Shown one piece after another: positions 1 to 9,112 of a DNA stretch of 64,000 bases (the first letter of the stretch is position 1; each line of letters opens with the position of its first letter). The stretch spans positions 26,029 through 90,028 of IMG/VR virus record IMGVR_UViG_3300044655_002353. One strand, given 5' to 3'. The stretch is from a virus. The notes beneath the pieces are model-generated. The model was not told the DNA's origin and did not search any database. It saw only the letters and a list, made by a program, of their open reading frames with translations. Made by a program: the position numbers and the translations under genes.

Positions 1-1017
1 AACTTGATCAAATTCTATTGCAAATGCGTCACCTGCAGCAAAAGCAGTCGAACCTGCTAAAATAGTAAACGATATTTTACCTGCAACGTCAATGAATGGG
101 GTAGAACCACCAACTGTGCCGAATTGACCAGTTGTTGTAATTGCGTTAGTCACCGGATGATATCCGATAACTTTGAAGTTTGTTGCATCAAGAAACTCAA
201 CAATAAAGTTTTCTTCAACAGCATTAGCTTCAGGAACTAAGTCAATCAACGTACCATTACCTGTCATTGGTCCAACAGTAAAGTCAGTATACGCAAGACC
301 AGTCATTGCTGATGTACCTTTTTTAGCTGCGTAAACAGTATTGAATTCAAAGTAATCACCCGGCTTGAATACGGTAGCGCCATTAGTTATTGTCAACTGT
401 ATATTACTGTGAACAAATGCAGTACCATTGGCTTTAGCTACACCAATCATTCCTGATTTTGAACCGGTGATTGTAAATGATTCGTTACCAATAGTATCGG
501 TTCCTTGTAAGCCAATACATACTAAAGTAAATGATTCTGGTTCTTTCAATGCAGAAGGCACAGATATAGCTGAAAGAGTACCATTACCAACACCTACATA
601 ATTATATGAGCCTGCATCATATACAGGAATACCAGCCGAAATAAATTGACGAGGACTATCAGTCAAGTCAATGTTAGCACGAACTACATATGCAAGATTA
701 CCTATTCCTAAGAATTGGTTCAATGCAAACAATCCATACTCATTTCGGCAATCGCCATGATACTGTGCAGGTTCTCCAGCTCCACTATTATCTTTCCAGA
801 AATATGGAATACCATAAGTTTCTACTGATTGCCCAATAGATGTAATCGTACGAACTACACTATGTTCATTAGTACCTGCTGCAATATGAACACCATCAGG
901 TTGAAGCTTATTTGCACGAGTTGCGATAAAAATTAGCGGAACTGTTGAAGCAGAAGCCGGTATATAAAAAGATTGATCAGTAATAGTAACTGAAACACCT
1001 GGACTAACCATTGACAT
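1..1017 (-). CDS. Tail sheath protein (gp18-like), N-terminal part; runs off the window start
   Basis: Manual translation from ATG at 1017: MSMVSPGVSVTITDQSFYIPASASTVPLIFIATRANK, the typical myovirus sheath N-terminus (SPGV.V...D.S). AGGAG RBS upstream. Not in the ORF track because it is truncated. Confidence 0.85.
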   Translation of the reverse strand, partial: MSMVSPGVSVTITDQSFYIPASASTVPLIFIATRANKLQPDGVHIAAGTNEHSVVRTITSIGQSVETYGIPYFWKDNSGAGEPAQYHGDCRNEYGLFALNQFLGIGNLAYVVRANIDLTDSPRQFISAGIPVYDAGSYNYVGVGNGTLSAISVPSALKEPESFTLVCIGLQGTDTIGNESFTITGSKSGMIGVAKANGTAFVHSNIQLTITNGATVFKPGDYFEFNTVYAAKKGTSAMTGLAYTDFTVGPMTGNGTLIDLVPEANAVEENFIVEFLDATNFKVIGYHPVTNAITTTGQFGTVGGSTPFIDVAGKISFTILAGSTAFAAGDAFAIEFDQV

Positions 1018-1141
1018 AAGAATTCTCCTATTTCATATTTGAAATTGTAATTTGTTTGATATATTATTTATGACTTATCCAACTTTTTTAGCAAAAAATA
1101 TCTTTTTTATAAATCTGATAACCGGTAATCACTTTTAGCTA

Positions 1142-1169
1142 TTTACATTTTTGCTAACTGTTATACAAT
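1142..1169 (+). promoter_or_regulatory. Sigma70-like promoter (TTTACA...TACAAT) for the 1204 gene
   Basis: TTTACA at 1142 and TACAAT at 1164. The same TTTACA...TATAAT pattern recurs at 5201, 5328, 38749, 48437 and 49135. Confidence 0.55.
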
Positions 1170-1203
1170 AGAACCATATTCTAGAACAGGAGGACTTTAT
1201 CAC

Positions 1204-1536
1204 ATGAACACTTCATCAGTCAACAAAGTTATTGCTTTAGCACTTACTTCTTCAATTGCTTTCACCGGATGTATGTCTACTTCTGGAGGTTATGGAAGTA
1301 ATGGCTATGGTCGAATGGAATATAGTAATGTTCAATACATTTATGGTTCTGATGAACCAGCTATGACATACGAAGAATTGTCAAAGTACAATGGCATTCG
1401 AGTTGGAGCTGATGGTTATGTAAAATCATTGGTTCAATTACCGCAAACTGCACGCGAAGACTTACCACATTTTACATATACTCCACCAGAGTATTTTAGA
1501 GATAACTATGAACGGGAACGTGGGTGGAAGAAGTGA
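1204..1536 (+). CDS. Small predicted lipoprotein
   Basis: Strong AGGAGG RBS; hydrophobic signal ending in the lipobox-like AFTGC. Confidence 0.6.
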   Translation: MNTSSVNKVIALALTSSIAFTGCMSTSGGYGSNGYGRMEYSNVQYIYGSDEPAMTYEELSKYNGIRVGADGYVKSLVQLPQTAREDLPHFTYTPPEYFRDNYERERGWKK

Positions 1537-1575
1537 ATAAATAGTAGTATATTTTAACTACTACTATTTTTCGTT

Positions 1576-2418
1576 ATGAAATTGCAAGACCTATTGACTG
1601 AAGTACCAGCTGCTTCTAGTAAATCAGCTTTTCAACCAAATCTTAAACCTTGGATGTATCAAACTAAGGAAGAAATAGAAAAGTGGTTAAAGGATGCTAA
1701 AATTGAAGCTCAGATTTCTAAAGAACTTGAAGTTCATCCAACTCGTAAAGACCTTATATTAGGAAATTTATTTGGTAATGGACCAAAAGAATCTTTAGTT
1801 GAATATAATGGAAAGTGGTTACTTCCTGTTCAATTCAATACTGCTCCAGGAAAATTAGAAGTCAGTCATTTGGAACTCGGTTCAATGATTGGATTACCAC
1901 ATGTTGTATTAGGTCCTATGGTTCTATTGAATGTAGAAATTGAAGATTTTGAAGGATGTCCTAAACATATTTCAGGAACAGATTCTTCAGGGTTTTATGA
2001 TATTCAAATCGACTCAAAGAAACCTATCAAGTCTTTTGTTGGATGTCCGCCAGTACAATCTATGGATGTTAGCGATATCATTGGATTAGATGGGCTTCCT
2101 AATACTTTGACATGGTTACGAATTGGAAAGTTTTCAGACATTACCGCAATTTTGAAAAAATGTCCAAATCTTAAAACCCTTGGCATAGGTAATATTGAAA
2201 TTGGTAAAGACAATATCCAACCATTAAGTGTATTCAAATCGAAAAAGATTACTAGATTTAATATCTATCCGATAGATTTATCTACAGAGATACCACCTGA
2301 ATATAAACTAGCTAATACTATTATCAACAAACATTTGAAGTCAGAAGAAAGAAGTATGATTGCTTGTCAACGAGAATTGATTGAAAATGATTTAGATGAA
2401 AGCGGATGGGCTGAGTAG
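1576..2418 (+). CDS. Orphan member of the CQRELIE paralog family (putative head-packaged, LRR-like protein)
   Basis: N-terminus MKLQDLLTE; FEGCP/FVGCP/LDGLP repeats; C-terminus MIACQRELIENDLDESGWAE; preceded by an AATAAATA late-type promoter. Confidence 0.8.
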   Translation: MKLQDLLTEVPAASSKSAFQPNLKPWMYQTKEEIEKWLKDAKIEAQISKELEVHPTRKDLILGNLFGNGPKESLVEYNGKWLLPVQFNTAPGKLEVSHLELGSMIGLPHVVLGPMVLLNVEIEDFEGCPKHISGTDSSGFYDIQIDSKKPIKSFVGCPPVQSMDVSDIIGLDGLPNTLTWLRIGKFSDITAILKKCPNLKTLGIGNIEIGKDNIQPLSVFKSKKITRFNIYPIDLSTEIPPEYKLANTIINKHLKSEERSMIACQRELIENDLDESGWAE

Positions 2419-2424
2419 GTTATA

Positions 2425-3177
2425 CTATTCTTCATAATGAATGTTAAGAACAGGTCCATAGACTTCTTGGAACGGTTGTAATTCGCCGTCAGCGTCAACT
2501 TCATCTAGTGCCATGCCATTCATATTCCCAATACGTATATTGATTTCACGAATAATTTCATCTCTAATATCCATTGGCGCCGATAAGTAGATTTGAACTA
2601 AAAAGTTGAACGACCAAACTATAATTCTTTTTTCTGTTCCAATCGGATAATTCTCTTCATTATTGATACCTGTCAATTCAACGCTAGTAATCTTAGTCCA
2701 ATCAAAAGGAGCATCGCTAGTTTGAAGTTGTAGAACTGGGTCAAATAGCATTAGAATTTGTTCAATCATCTGATGCATTTGTTCAGTGTTACTAGCATAA
2801 ACAGCAAGTTCCATATTTGCATTATACGGAATAGGCATGATACGTTTGTTCAAGCGTAAGTCATCAGGAAATACGCCACCAGTTGGAAGGTAAACTTTTC
2901 TATCAACTACGCCAACTCCTTTGCGACGTTCAGGAGATAAGTCCAATCCAGACAATGTCGCTGACATCATAGGAATACTGAAAGGTTTGTTTTGAGTATT
3001 ACCTGACATAATTGCAGCTACAACTCTATCTCTACTTCCAACTACTATCGGAACGCGATATGTTGAAGGTTCGCCGGTCTCTCCAATGCCAGTGACAATA
3101 GTAAGTCCTGTAAAGATACCGCAAAATTGACGAATGTAGCTTCTTAGTTGTTTTGCATAAAAGTATTCTGTAATCAT
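2425..3177 (-). CDS. Tail sheath stabilizer/terminator (T4 gp15-like)
   Basis: YFY..QLRSYIRQF..IF, VPIVVG, PIPYN.NMEL.VY....QM.Q..EQIL..F.P motifs; lies downstream of the gp14-like gene. Confidence 0.8.
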   Translation of the reverse strand: MITEYFYAKQLRSYIRQFCGIFTGLTIVTGIGETGEPSTYRVPIVVGSRDRVVAAIMSGNTQNKPFSIPMMSATLSGLDLSPERRKGVGVVDRKVYLPTGGVFPDDLRLNKRIMPIPYNANMELAVYASNTEQMHQMIEQILMLFDPVLQLQTSDAPFDWTKITSVELTGINNEENYPIGTEKRIIVWSFNFLVQIYLSAPMDIRDEIIREINIRIGNMNGMALDEVDADGELQPFQEVYGPVLNIHYEE

Positions 3178-4961
3178 TATATGTCAGTATCCTGTAAAGT
3201 TCTTCTTCCAAGGCTAATAAGAGCATTACGAACCGAGGGTTTATGACTTGAATATTCTCCTCGTCTATCAGTCTCAACATACAACCAACGATTTTTGATT
3301 GCGCTAAACTTATAGAGACGAGCAGGGATGTTTGTAGAACTTTCATAGTTGAGGCGATAGTATTCACCATCAGTTGCAACCGTGATGTCTGGAAGTTTGT
3401 AACCTTCACCATAAGGTTCTCCGTTTGGTGGAAGTCCGTTCTCAACATACATATTCGTTTGCTGAGGAGCTATCTTATCTTTCCATGGTTCAGGGATACG
3501 AGTGTCTAAATCAGTAATGTCTTCACCAACTTCAGGAACTGCTGCTTGGGACTCGACTTTAGTCGTTTCGCTTGCACGTAATGAAGTCGTTTCAATTTGA
3601 GTGATAGACTCGAAGAAAGAACCATCGCTTACGCGTTGAACAGCTTCTTCTGGCATTGGAAGAATGTCTCGTACTTCAATAGAAGGAATAAGCTGAATTG
3701 CTTGGAAGCGATAAAGCATTGGTTTCCATTGAGCAGAATAACCATCAGCACTCCATCCAGTGTCAGTGACTTCAAGATACTTTTTAACAGGCATCAAGTT
3801 ATGGTCATATGCAAGTTCAGGTGTCACTTCAATGACATCGCCTGTTACAACGGGTCTTCCTAACAGTTGGACCATACGAGCGAATGAACACGTAAAGACA
3901 TATTGGTCAAGGATTGAAAAGCCAAACTTGCCAAGGTCGCCAATGCTATCAAACGGTTGGTATTGACATTTGAGTGTGATGGAGTTCTGTGCATAGTCTC
4001 TATCACGATTTTCAAGGAACAAAGTGTCTTGAATGTTGTTGATGTTTGTTGATTGATAGTCTATCAGTTCAAGCTTTATGACTTCCCAATAGTCAGTGAT
4101 TCCTCCATTGAACATCAACGGAACTATTCGCCAAAAAGGTGAAGGCACACTAGGTCTTATTGCAATAGTTTCAACATTTGCACTATTTGGTAGATTGACA
4201 ATGTCTACGCGAAGCCAATTGAGTTCAAGTTTTATCGTAAAGGTATCACCTACACTGAACGGAATGCTGCCTGGTTGAATGGTAAAGCGAACATCTTGAT
4301 TAGCATAATGAACTCCAACAGTTGCATTAGGCTGAGGACCACGAATTGAGCTAAAGACTGAAAATGAAGTAGGCGTTAATGCAGTAACCAAGATGGTACA
4401 TTCAGACGGATTGAAGCCAGGTTGGATATTGACCAAAAGTCCGTTGCCAGAACCAATGAATGTGTTAGACGCTTTTAGCTCGCCTGTCGCTCTATCAACA
4501 CGGACTTGTAATGCTCGGTTTTGAGCAAGTGGTCCTTGTTGGATTTTAAGAGTTGTGATGTGATGCGAAAGCTTAGCAGGTGGAGCACTTGATGCTTGAC
4601 CCGTAATCGCTGATTTGACTGTTCCAAAGTTGTAGCCAAGATACGCTGGAGTCGATACAACTAGTGACCCAACTTGAGCAGAATGCCACGAAGTTGAGCT
4701 AATGTCAAATGCATTAGACGCATCAGACCCTGCCCCAGCACCACTTGAAAGTGGGTAACCCTGACCAGTTAGGTCTATCAATCGGCCTTGTTCGTGAACT
4801 CCAAGTAGCTTGAAAATGTTGATTGGGGCACCTGCTATCTCAAGGCTTTCGGCAATCAGGTTCTCAGTAAACTTTTCATCAAGCTTAGTACAATCATTCT
4901 GCATCGTCCAATCGCCGAAGCAAAAGTCTGCAGGTGGAACATAAGGAGTAATTTCGGCCAT
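3177..4961 (-). CDS. Neck protein (T4 gp14-like) with large inserted beta-domains
   Basis: ENLIAESLEIAG N-terminus, LFLENRDRDY, DLGKFG, LGRPVVTGDVIE motifs; neck gene context. Confidence 0.7.
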   Translation of the reverse strand: MAEITPYVPPADFCFGDWTMQNDCTKLDEKFTENLIAESLEIAGAPINIFKLLGVHEQGRLIDLTGQGYPLSSGAGAGSDASNAFDISSTSWHSAQVGSLVVSTPAYLGYNFGTVKSAITGQASSAPPAKLSHHITTLKIQQGPLAQNRALQVRVDRATGELKASNTFIGSGNGLLVNIQPGFNPSECTILVTALTPTSFSVFSSIRGPQPNATVGVHYANQDVRFTIQPGSIPFSVGDTFTIKLELNWLRVDIVNLPNSANVETIAIRPSVPSPFWRIVPLMFNGGITDYWEVIKLELIDYQSTNINNIQDTLFLENRDRDYAQNSITLKCQYQPFDSIGDLGKFGFSILDQYVFTCSFARMVQLLGRPVVTGDVIEVTPELAYDHNLMPVKKYLEVTDTGWSADGYSAQWKPMLYRFQAIQLIPSIEVRDILPMPEEAVQRVSDGSFFESITQIETTSLRASETTKVESQAAVPEVGEDITDLDTRIPEPWKDKIAPQQTNMYVENGLPPNGEPYGEGYKLPDITVATDGEYYRLNYESSTNIPARLYKFSAIKNRWLYVETDRRGEYSSHKPSVRNALISLGRRTLQDTDI

Positions 4962-5015
4962 GTTATGTGGTTATTCTACAATGTTTTAGATGATAGAGCT
5001 ATTTATCACAACTTC

Positions 5016-5023
5016 TATAAATA
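5016..5023 (+). promoter_or_regulatory. T4-type late promoter TATAAATA, back-to-back with a minus-strand GATAAATA serving the gp14-like gene
   Basis: Exact T4 late consensus. NATAAATA also precedes the sheath, gp13, gp19, 23007, terL, 37661 and 54318 genes. Confidence 0.6.
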
Positions 5024-5024
5024 A

Positions 5025-5200
5025 AATAGCATCGACTCGATACACATTACGGATTTTAGTGTAAAATGGATAGAGTAGGTGTAATCAAACTGAGGAGACG
5101 AGAGCGCGAGTTTAAAGTGCTCACGGAAGTCAAACTTTCTCGTAAGGCAACAATGCTAAACGGACTTTACAACATTGTTGCTTTACTACATCATCTACTA
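5025..5200 (+). ncRNA. Candidate structured non-coding RNA
   Basis: No ORF; several stems (GAGCGC/GTGCTC, ACGAGA/TCTCGT, AAGGCAACAATG/CATTGTTGCTTT) directly after a late promoter. Confidence 0.35.
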
Positions 5201-5435
5201 TTTACATCAGGCGAAAACTTGTTATAATAGACACATATTCTGTTGAAACATTTACAAAATTGCTTCAACGGAAATAATCAAGTTTTTTATTGTAAAACAT
5301 TCTTACAAAGTTCCACAAAAATAAATGTTTACATCGACAAAAAACTAGATTATAATAAATCTAACAAATGTTGTAAAAACTGATTTTAAAGCGATTGAAA
5401 AAATTTATACAGTCTGCAAAAAATTAGTTTATAAT
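5201..5435 (+). promoter_or_regulatory. Cluster of 2-3 tandem sigma70-like promoters upstream of the exported-protein island
   Basis: TTTACA-16-TATAAT (5201-5228), TTTACA-17-TATAAT (5328-5356), and a further TATAAT near 5430. Confidence 0.6.
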
Positions 5436-5486
5436 ATATCTACTAAATGTTTTTATAACCACATAAGTTCGAGGAGTAAAGATGAG

Positions 5487-5861
5487 ATGAGACGAGTGGT
5501 AAGAAATTCGTTGTTAGTAACTGCTGCTTTATCTGCATTAGTATTAACTACTGATGTAATGGCATCAAAGCATGATAAAAATCGTCATGATAAAAATCAT
5601 CATGATAACAATCGTCATGATGAACATAATGAACAAATTTTCAAACAACCATTTGCAGGTAATACTCAAATCCAAACAAACAATGGCAATAACAATGGTG
5701 GCAATTTGCAAACCGGTGGAAATGGTGGTGGTAATAACGGTGTAGGTAATGGAAATGGTGGCCCAATTGTTCCGTCAGTTCCGGTGCCAGGTGCAGTATG
5801 GTTATTTGGTTCTGCATTAGTTGGGTTTGTAACAATTTCAAGGAATCGCAAGTCTAAGTAA
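5487..5861 (+). CDS. Secreted low-complexity protein with VPLPA-CTERM/PEP-CTERM-type exosortase sorting signal
   Basis: Signal peptide (..VMA|S), His/Asp/Asn and Gly/Asn tracts, C-terminal VPVPGAVWLFGSALVGFVTISRNRKSK (motif, TM helix, basic tail). Confidence 0.75.
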   Translation: MRRVVRNSLLVTAALSALVLTTDVMASKHDKNRHDKNHHDNNRHDEHNEQIFKQPFAGNTQIQTNNGNNNGGNLQTGGNGGGNNGVGNGNGGPIVPSVPVPGAVWLFGSALVGFVTISRNRKSK

Positions 5862-6195
5862 GGGATTCAAAAGGAAATGTAGGAAAAATAGTCGCAATGA
5901 TTATTTTAGTGAGGCATATTTTTGATATGCACGATATGGATACAGTTGGATATGTATGTGAATACCTATTCCCAACAATGCACGATGAGTTGAACTGAGG
6001 AGAAAATAGTTTCTATGCGATGAGAATACTAAACTATTTTAGTAATTCTGAGGAGAATAATATAACACTATTTATGTTGTCTTATCTCTTGAAATCGGTT
6101 GAGAAATGAAATCAAATTTCATGGATGTGGAGTAATTGAGAGAAGGATAATATGAATAGTTTTTCTACTTAAAATTATCAAAGGAAAACTTCAAT

Positions 6196-6855
6196 ATGAA
6201 AACTTCAATCAAAATGTTAACTGCTGTAATCGCTACTTTGGCTGCTGGCGCTGTGTTTGCAGAAGGTTATGGTCACTATGGTCACGGTGTGACTTCAACT
6301 GACACTTCTTCATTCTCAGGTGTTTCTGTTTCTTCCGGTAGTGAAATCGCTGTTGTAGGTAACGGTGCAGCTTATTCAAACCAAATCGTAGGTGCAGGCG
6401 CTCAAAACACTGCAACTGCAGTTGCTGAAGCTGGTCACGGTTCTGTTGGAACTTTGGCTGCTACTTCAGGTTCAACCGGTGTATTGGCTGCTAGCCAATC
6501 AGATGCAATTGGACATGCTTATGTAGATGCTGGAACTAGTGCTGTTGCTGTTCAAGGTGGTTCTGCTGAAGCTAATGCTGCTAATCGTTATCATCACCCT
6601 TCTTTGAGTGCTGAAAGCGAAGCTGCTGTAGGTTCTGTAAGCGGTGCTGGTACAAACGAAAATGGTTTTGGTATAGCTGGTCAAGAAACCTCTGCTGGCA
6701 ACATTGCTTGGGGTACTCGTGACGGACGTGGTGACACTGTAAGTACTTCTGCTGCTACTTTAGGTGGTACTTCTAACGAAGCGTTTAGCTTAGGTCAAGC
6801 TGGTTCATTAGGTTTCGCTGTAGAAGAAGGTGAAGTATTCTCAATCGTTCGTTAA
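6196..6855 (+). CDS. Secreted Gly/Ala/Ser-rich protein (adhesin/amyloid-like composition)
   Basis: Signal peptide AVFA|E; AAGGA RBS; small-residue beta-rich sequence. Confidence 0.65.
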   Translation: MKTSIKMLTAVIATLAAGAVFAEGYGHYGHGVTSTDTSSFSGVSVSSGSEIAVVGNGAAYSNQIVGAGAQNTATAVAEAGHGSVGTLAATSGSTGVLAASQSDAIGHAYVDAGTSAVAVQGGSAEANAANRYHHPSLSAESEAAVGSVSGAGTNENGFGIAGQETSAGNIAWGTRDGRGDTVSTSAATLGGTSNEAFSLGQAGSLGFAVEEGEVFSIVR

Positions 6856-6900
6856 TACGAACTTTTGATTATACTAACTGCTTAGCGGTGTAAATTGAAT

Positions 6901-6937
6901 AGTGGGTGAGTATGTTTTTTATACTCACCCACTGTTT
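6901..6937 (+). terminator. Hairpin, probable intrinsic terminator or processing stem
   Basis: Perfect 13-bp stem AGTGGGTGAGTAT / ATACTCACCCACT. Confidence 0.6.
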
Positions 6938-6967
6938 ATTCAAATAATCTTTTTTAAAGGAAATGAC

Positions 6968-7597
6968 ATGAAAAAAATAATCGCAATTATCGCTTTGTTG
7001 TGTATTTCTGCAACTAGCTTTGCGGATGTGAACTCAGGTTCTGAAGCAAGATCGAATCAAACTCAAAGTGCCGGTGTTGCAGTTGGTGGTGAAGGTCGTG
7101 GTGCAGGTTTAGGTAATGATAACAGCGTAAACAATGTTGCTGCTTCTGATATGTCAAAAGCTGTTGGCTTTGCTGCTGCTCCTGCTTTGACAACTACTTT
7201 GACTGAAACCTGTATGGGTTCAACTTCAGTTGGTGGTGGTTTTTCTGGTGGTTCTTTCAGCTTTGGTACAACCTGGAGAGATTCAGCTTGCGTACGTCGT
7301 TTAGATGCTCGTGAGATTAAAACTTTCGGCGATGTTCAAGCTGCTAAAGAAATTATGTGTGACAGCGATTTAGTTCGTGAAGCATTTAAACGTGTTGGCC
7401 GTCCTTGTGCTGAAGACGGTGGTATCTATACTGTAGCGGCTCCTGCTCCTGCTCCAGCACCTGTTGCTGAAGTTGTAAAAGAAGTGCCTGCTCCTGCTAC
7501 TGATGCAGTTGTTCGTGATGACCAAGATGAAGTTGCAAAACGTACTCAAGAAATCTTGAATCAACTTGAACAAGCTCAAGCTTCACGCACTTACTAA
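6968..7597 (+). CDS. Secreted Cys-containing protein with Ala/Pro linker
   Basis: True start MKKIIAII at 6968 (AAGGA RBS); signal peptide; TCMGS...WRDSACVRRLDARE core; APAPAP linker. Confidence 0.7.
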   Translation: MKKIIAIIALLCISATSFADVNSGSEARSNQTQSAGVAVGGEGRGAGLGNDNSVNNVAASDMSKAVGFAAAPALTTTLTETCMGSTSVGGGFSGGSFSFGTTWRDSACVRRLDAREIKTFGDVQAAKEIMCDSDLVREAFKRVGRPCAEDGGIYTVAAPAPAPAPVAEVVKEVPAPATDAVVRDDQDEVAKRTQEILNQLEQAQASRTY

Positions 7598-7640
7598 GAA
7601 TAAGACTTACCGGTAAGTTTTAAATCTTAGACACAATACA

Positions 7641-7682
7641 AACTGCTGGTGTTGGATTTCGGTCTGATAACCGGCAGTTTTT
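7641..7682 (+). terminator. Intrinsic terminator
   Basis: AACTGCTGGT...ACCGGCAGTT stem followed by a T tract. Confidence 0.55.
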
Positions 7683-7701
7683 GTTTATACCTACAGAGGT
7701 T

Positions 7702-8286
7702 ATGAATCAAATGTTTAAACATTCATCGTTGTTGTTAGTAATAGGTATTAGCATATTCTTAAGTACAGGTTGTATGACTATACAAGAATACGATGCTGAA
7801 AAATTAGAATATGATCAAATCAATAAAGTCAAAAACGCTCAGAAGAAAAAAGAAGACCCGTTTGTATCTGAAAAAACTGCAGACTATGTAAAGGTAAAAG
7901 AAGAAGATGATGTAGTTATTGAAGCTGTTCGTTCAGCACCAATTGAACATCGTGGTGTTAAACTCGATGTATGGGTTATCAATGGAAATAATAAATCTTC
8001 TACTCCAAAATGTGTTACTATAGATTGGAGATTACAAGATTTTACATTTGAAACTTCTCTTCCATATGAGTTCTTAATTGACAAAAATGCATTTATCAAA
8101 ATCGGTAAAATGACTCAAACTATTTGGGCTTTTGACGATGTTGCAATTGCAATACCCCCATCGGGTTATATCAATGAAATGAGAGTTCGTGATGCAGATT
8201 ATGAAAAAACTACTAATCGTTTAACCTGTGATACTCTTGAAGAAGATATCCAAACTCCAGAAGAAAAAGATACATTAGAACTATGA
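7702..8286 (+). CDS. Predicted lipoprotein
   Basis: GAGG RBS before ATG 7702; lipobox LSTGC. Confidence 0.6.
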   Translation: MNQMFKHSSLLLVIGISIFLSTGCMTIQEYDAEKLEYDQINKVKNAQKKKEDPFVSEKTADYVKVKEEDDVVIEAVRSAPIEHRGVKLDVWVINGNNKSSTPKCVTIDWRLQDFTFETSLPYEFLIDKNAFIKIGKMTQTIWAFDDVAIAIPPSGYINEMRVRDADYEKTTNRLTCDTLEEDIQTPEEKDTLEL

Positions 8287-8777
8287 AATCAGTATTTGCC
8301 TTTTTGATAACGATTAGCTTTTCGCAGTTAGTAACAGCCTCTACTGACAAAGATCCTGTTATTATCGCGGATAAAAAACAAGCAACGATATCAGTATTTT
8401 ATCCTGAAACTGGTCAAAAAATTACTCAACCAGCTTTATTTGGTAAAGTGAAATCTGATAAGCTAGATATGAATGTATATGATTATCCGTCTAAAACGAA
8501 CTATGTCACTCCATCAGGTTCGTTCAAAACATCTAAAACTTTTTCATGGCGATTAGGTGAAGATATGCTAGTTTTTATCAAAGGTCAGAATGCAGTTGCA
8601 GCTATTCATCCACTTTGGAAGGGGAATCCTGACCAAAAAAGAATTGAAAGATTGAAAAGTCCGCAAATAGATGATAACCGTATTACCGGTGGATGTATCA
8701 ATGTTGATTCTGATTTCTTCTATCAAAAATTGAATACTTTGCCTGAAGGAACACTGCTAATCGTATTACCTGAATAA
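8283..8777 (+). CDS. L,D-transpeptidase (YkuD-like), secreted
   Basis: Signal peptide; ALFGK, TPSGSF, AIH...ITGGCINV catalytic His/Cys motif. Confidence 0.75.
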   Translation: MKSVFAFLITISFSQLVTASTDKDPVIIADKKQATISVFYPETGQKITQPALFGKVKSDKLDMNVYDYPSKTNYVTPSGSFKTSKTFSWRLGEDMLVFIKGQNAVAAIHPLWKGNPDQKRIERLKSPQIDDNRITGGCINVDSDFFYQKLNTLPEGTLLIVLPE

Positions 8778-8814
8778 ACTTATAACCACATTTCTCACAA
8801 AGGAGAACTTAATT

Positions 8815-9111
8815 ATGAAATACTTACTAACCCTTTTACTTATCAGTGCTAACGTTTGTTTTGCACAACCTGTAGTTGTTACCCCTAAAACGGCTGCAGC
8901 CGCAACTGTAGTAAATGAATCAACCATGACAAACAATCCTGACCGTCGTCGTGTTGCCGGAAGTGCTATGATTCTAAAAACTGATGGTGTTATCGACGAT
9001 GCAACTATTCCAAAAATTGAAACACCTGAATCTGATGTACCGTCTAATGTTATCAATCCTCCATTACCTGAATTAGAATTCCCAAAATTAGAGCTTTCAA
9101 TTATCGACTAA
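8815..9111 (+). CDS. Small secreted protein
   Basis: AAGGAG RBS; signal peptide VCFA|Q. Confidence 0.55.
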   Translation: MKYLLTLLLISANVCFAQPVVVTPKTAAAATVVNESTMTNNPDRRRVAGSAMILKTDGVIDDATIPKIETPESDVPSNVINPPLPELEFPKLELSIID

Positions 9112-9112
9112 A

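Noticed and set aside
5990-6100. Hammerhead ribozyme (CTGAGGA...GAAA)
   Set aside because: Stem II does not close properly before GAAA and I could not find stems I and III.
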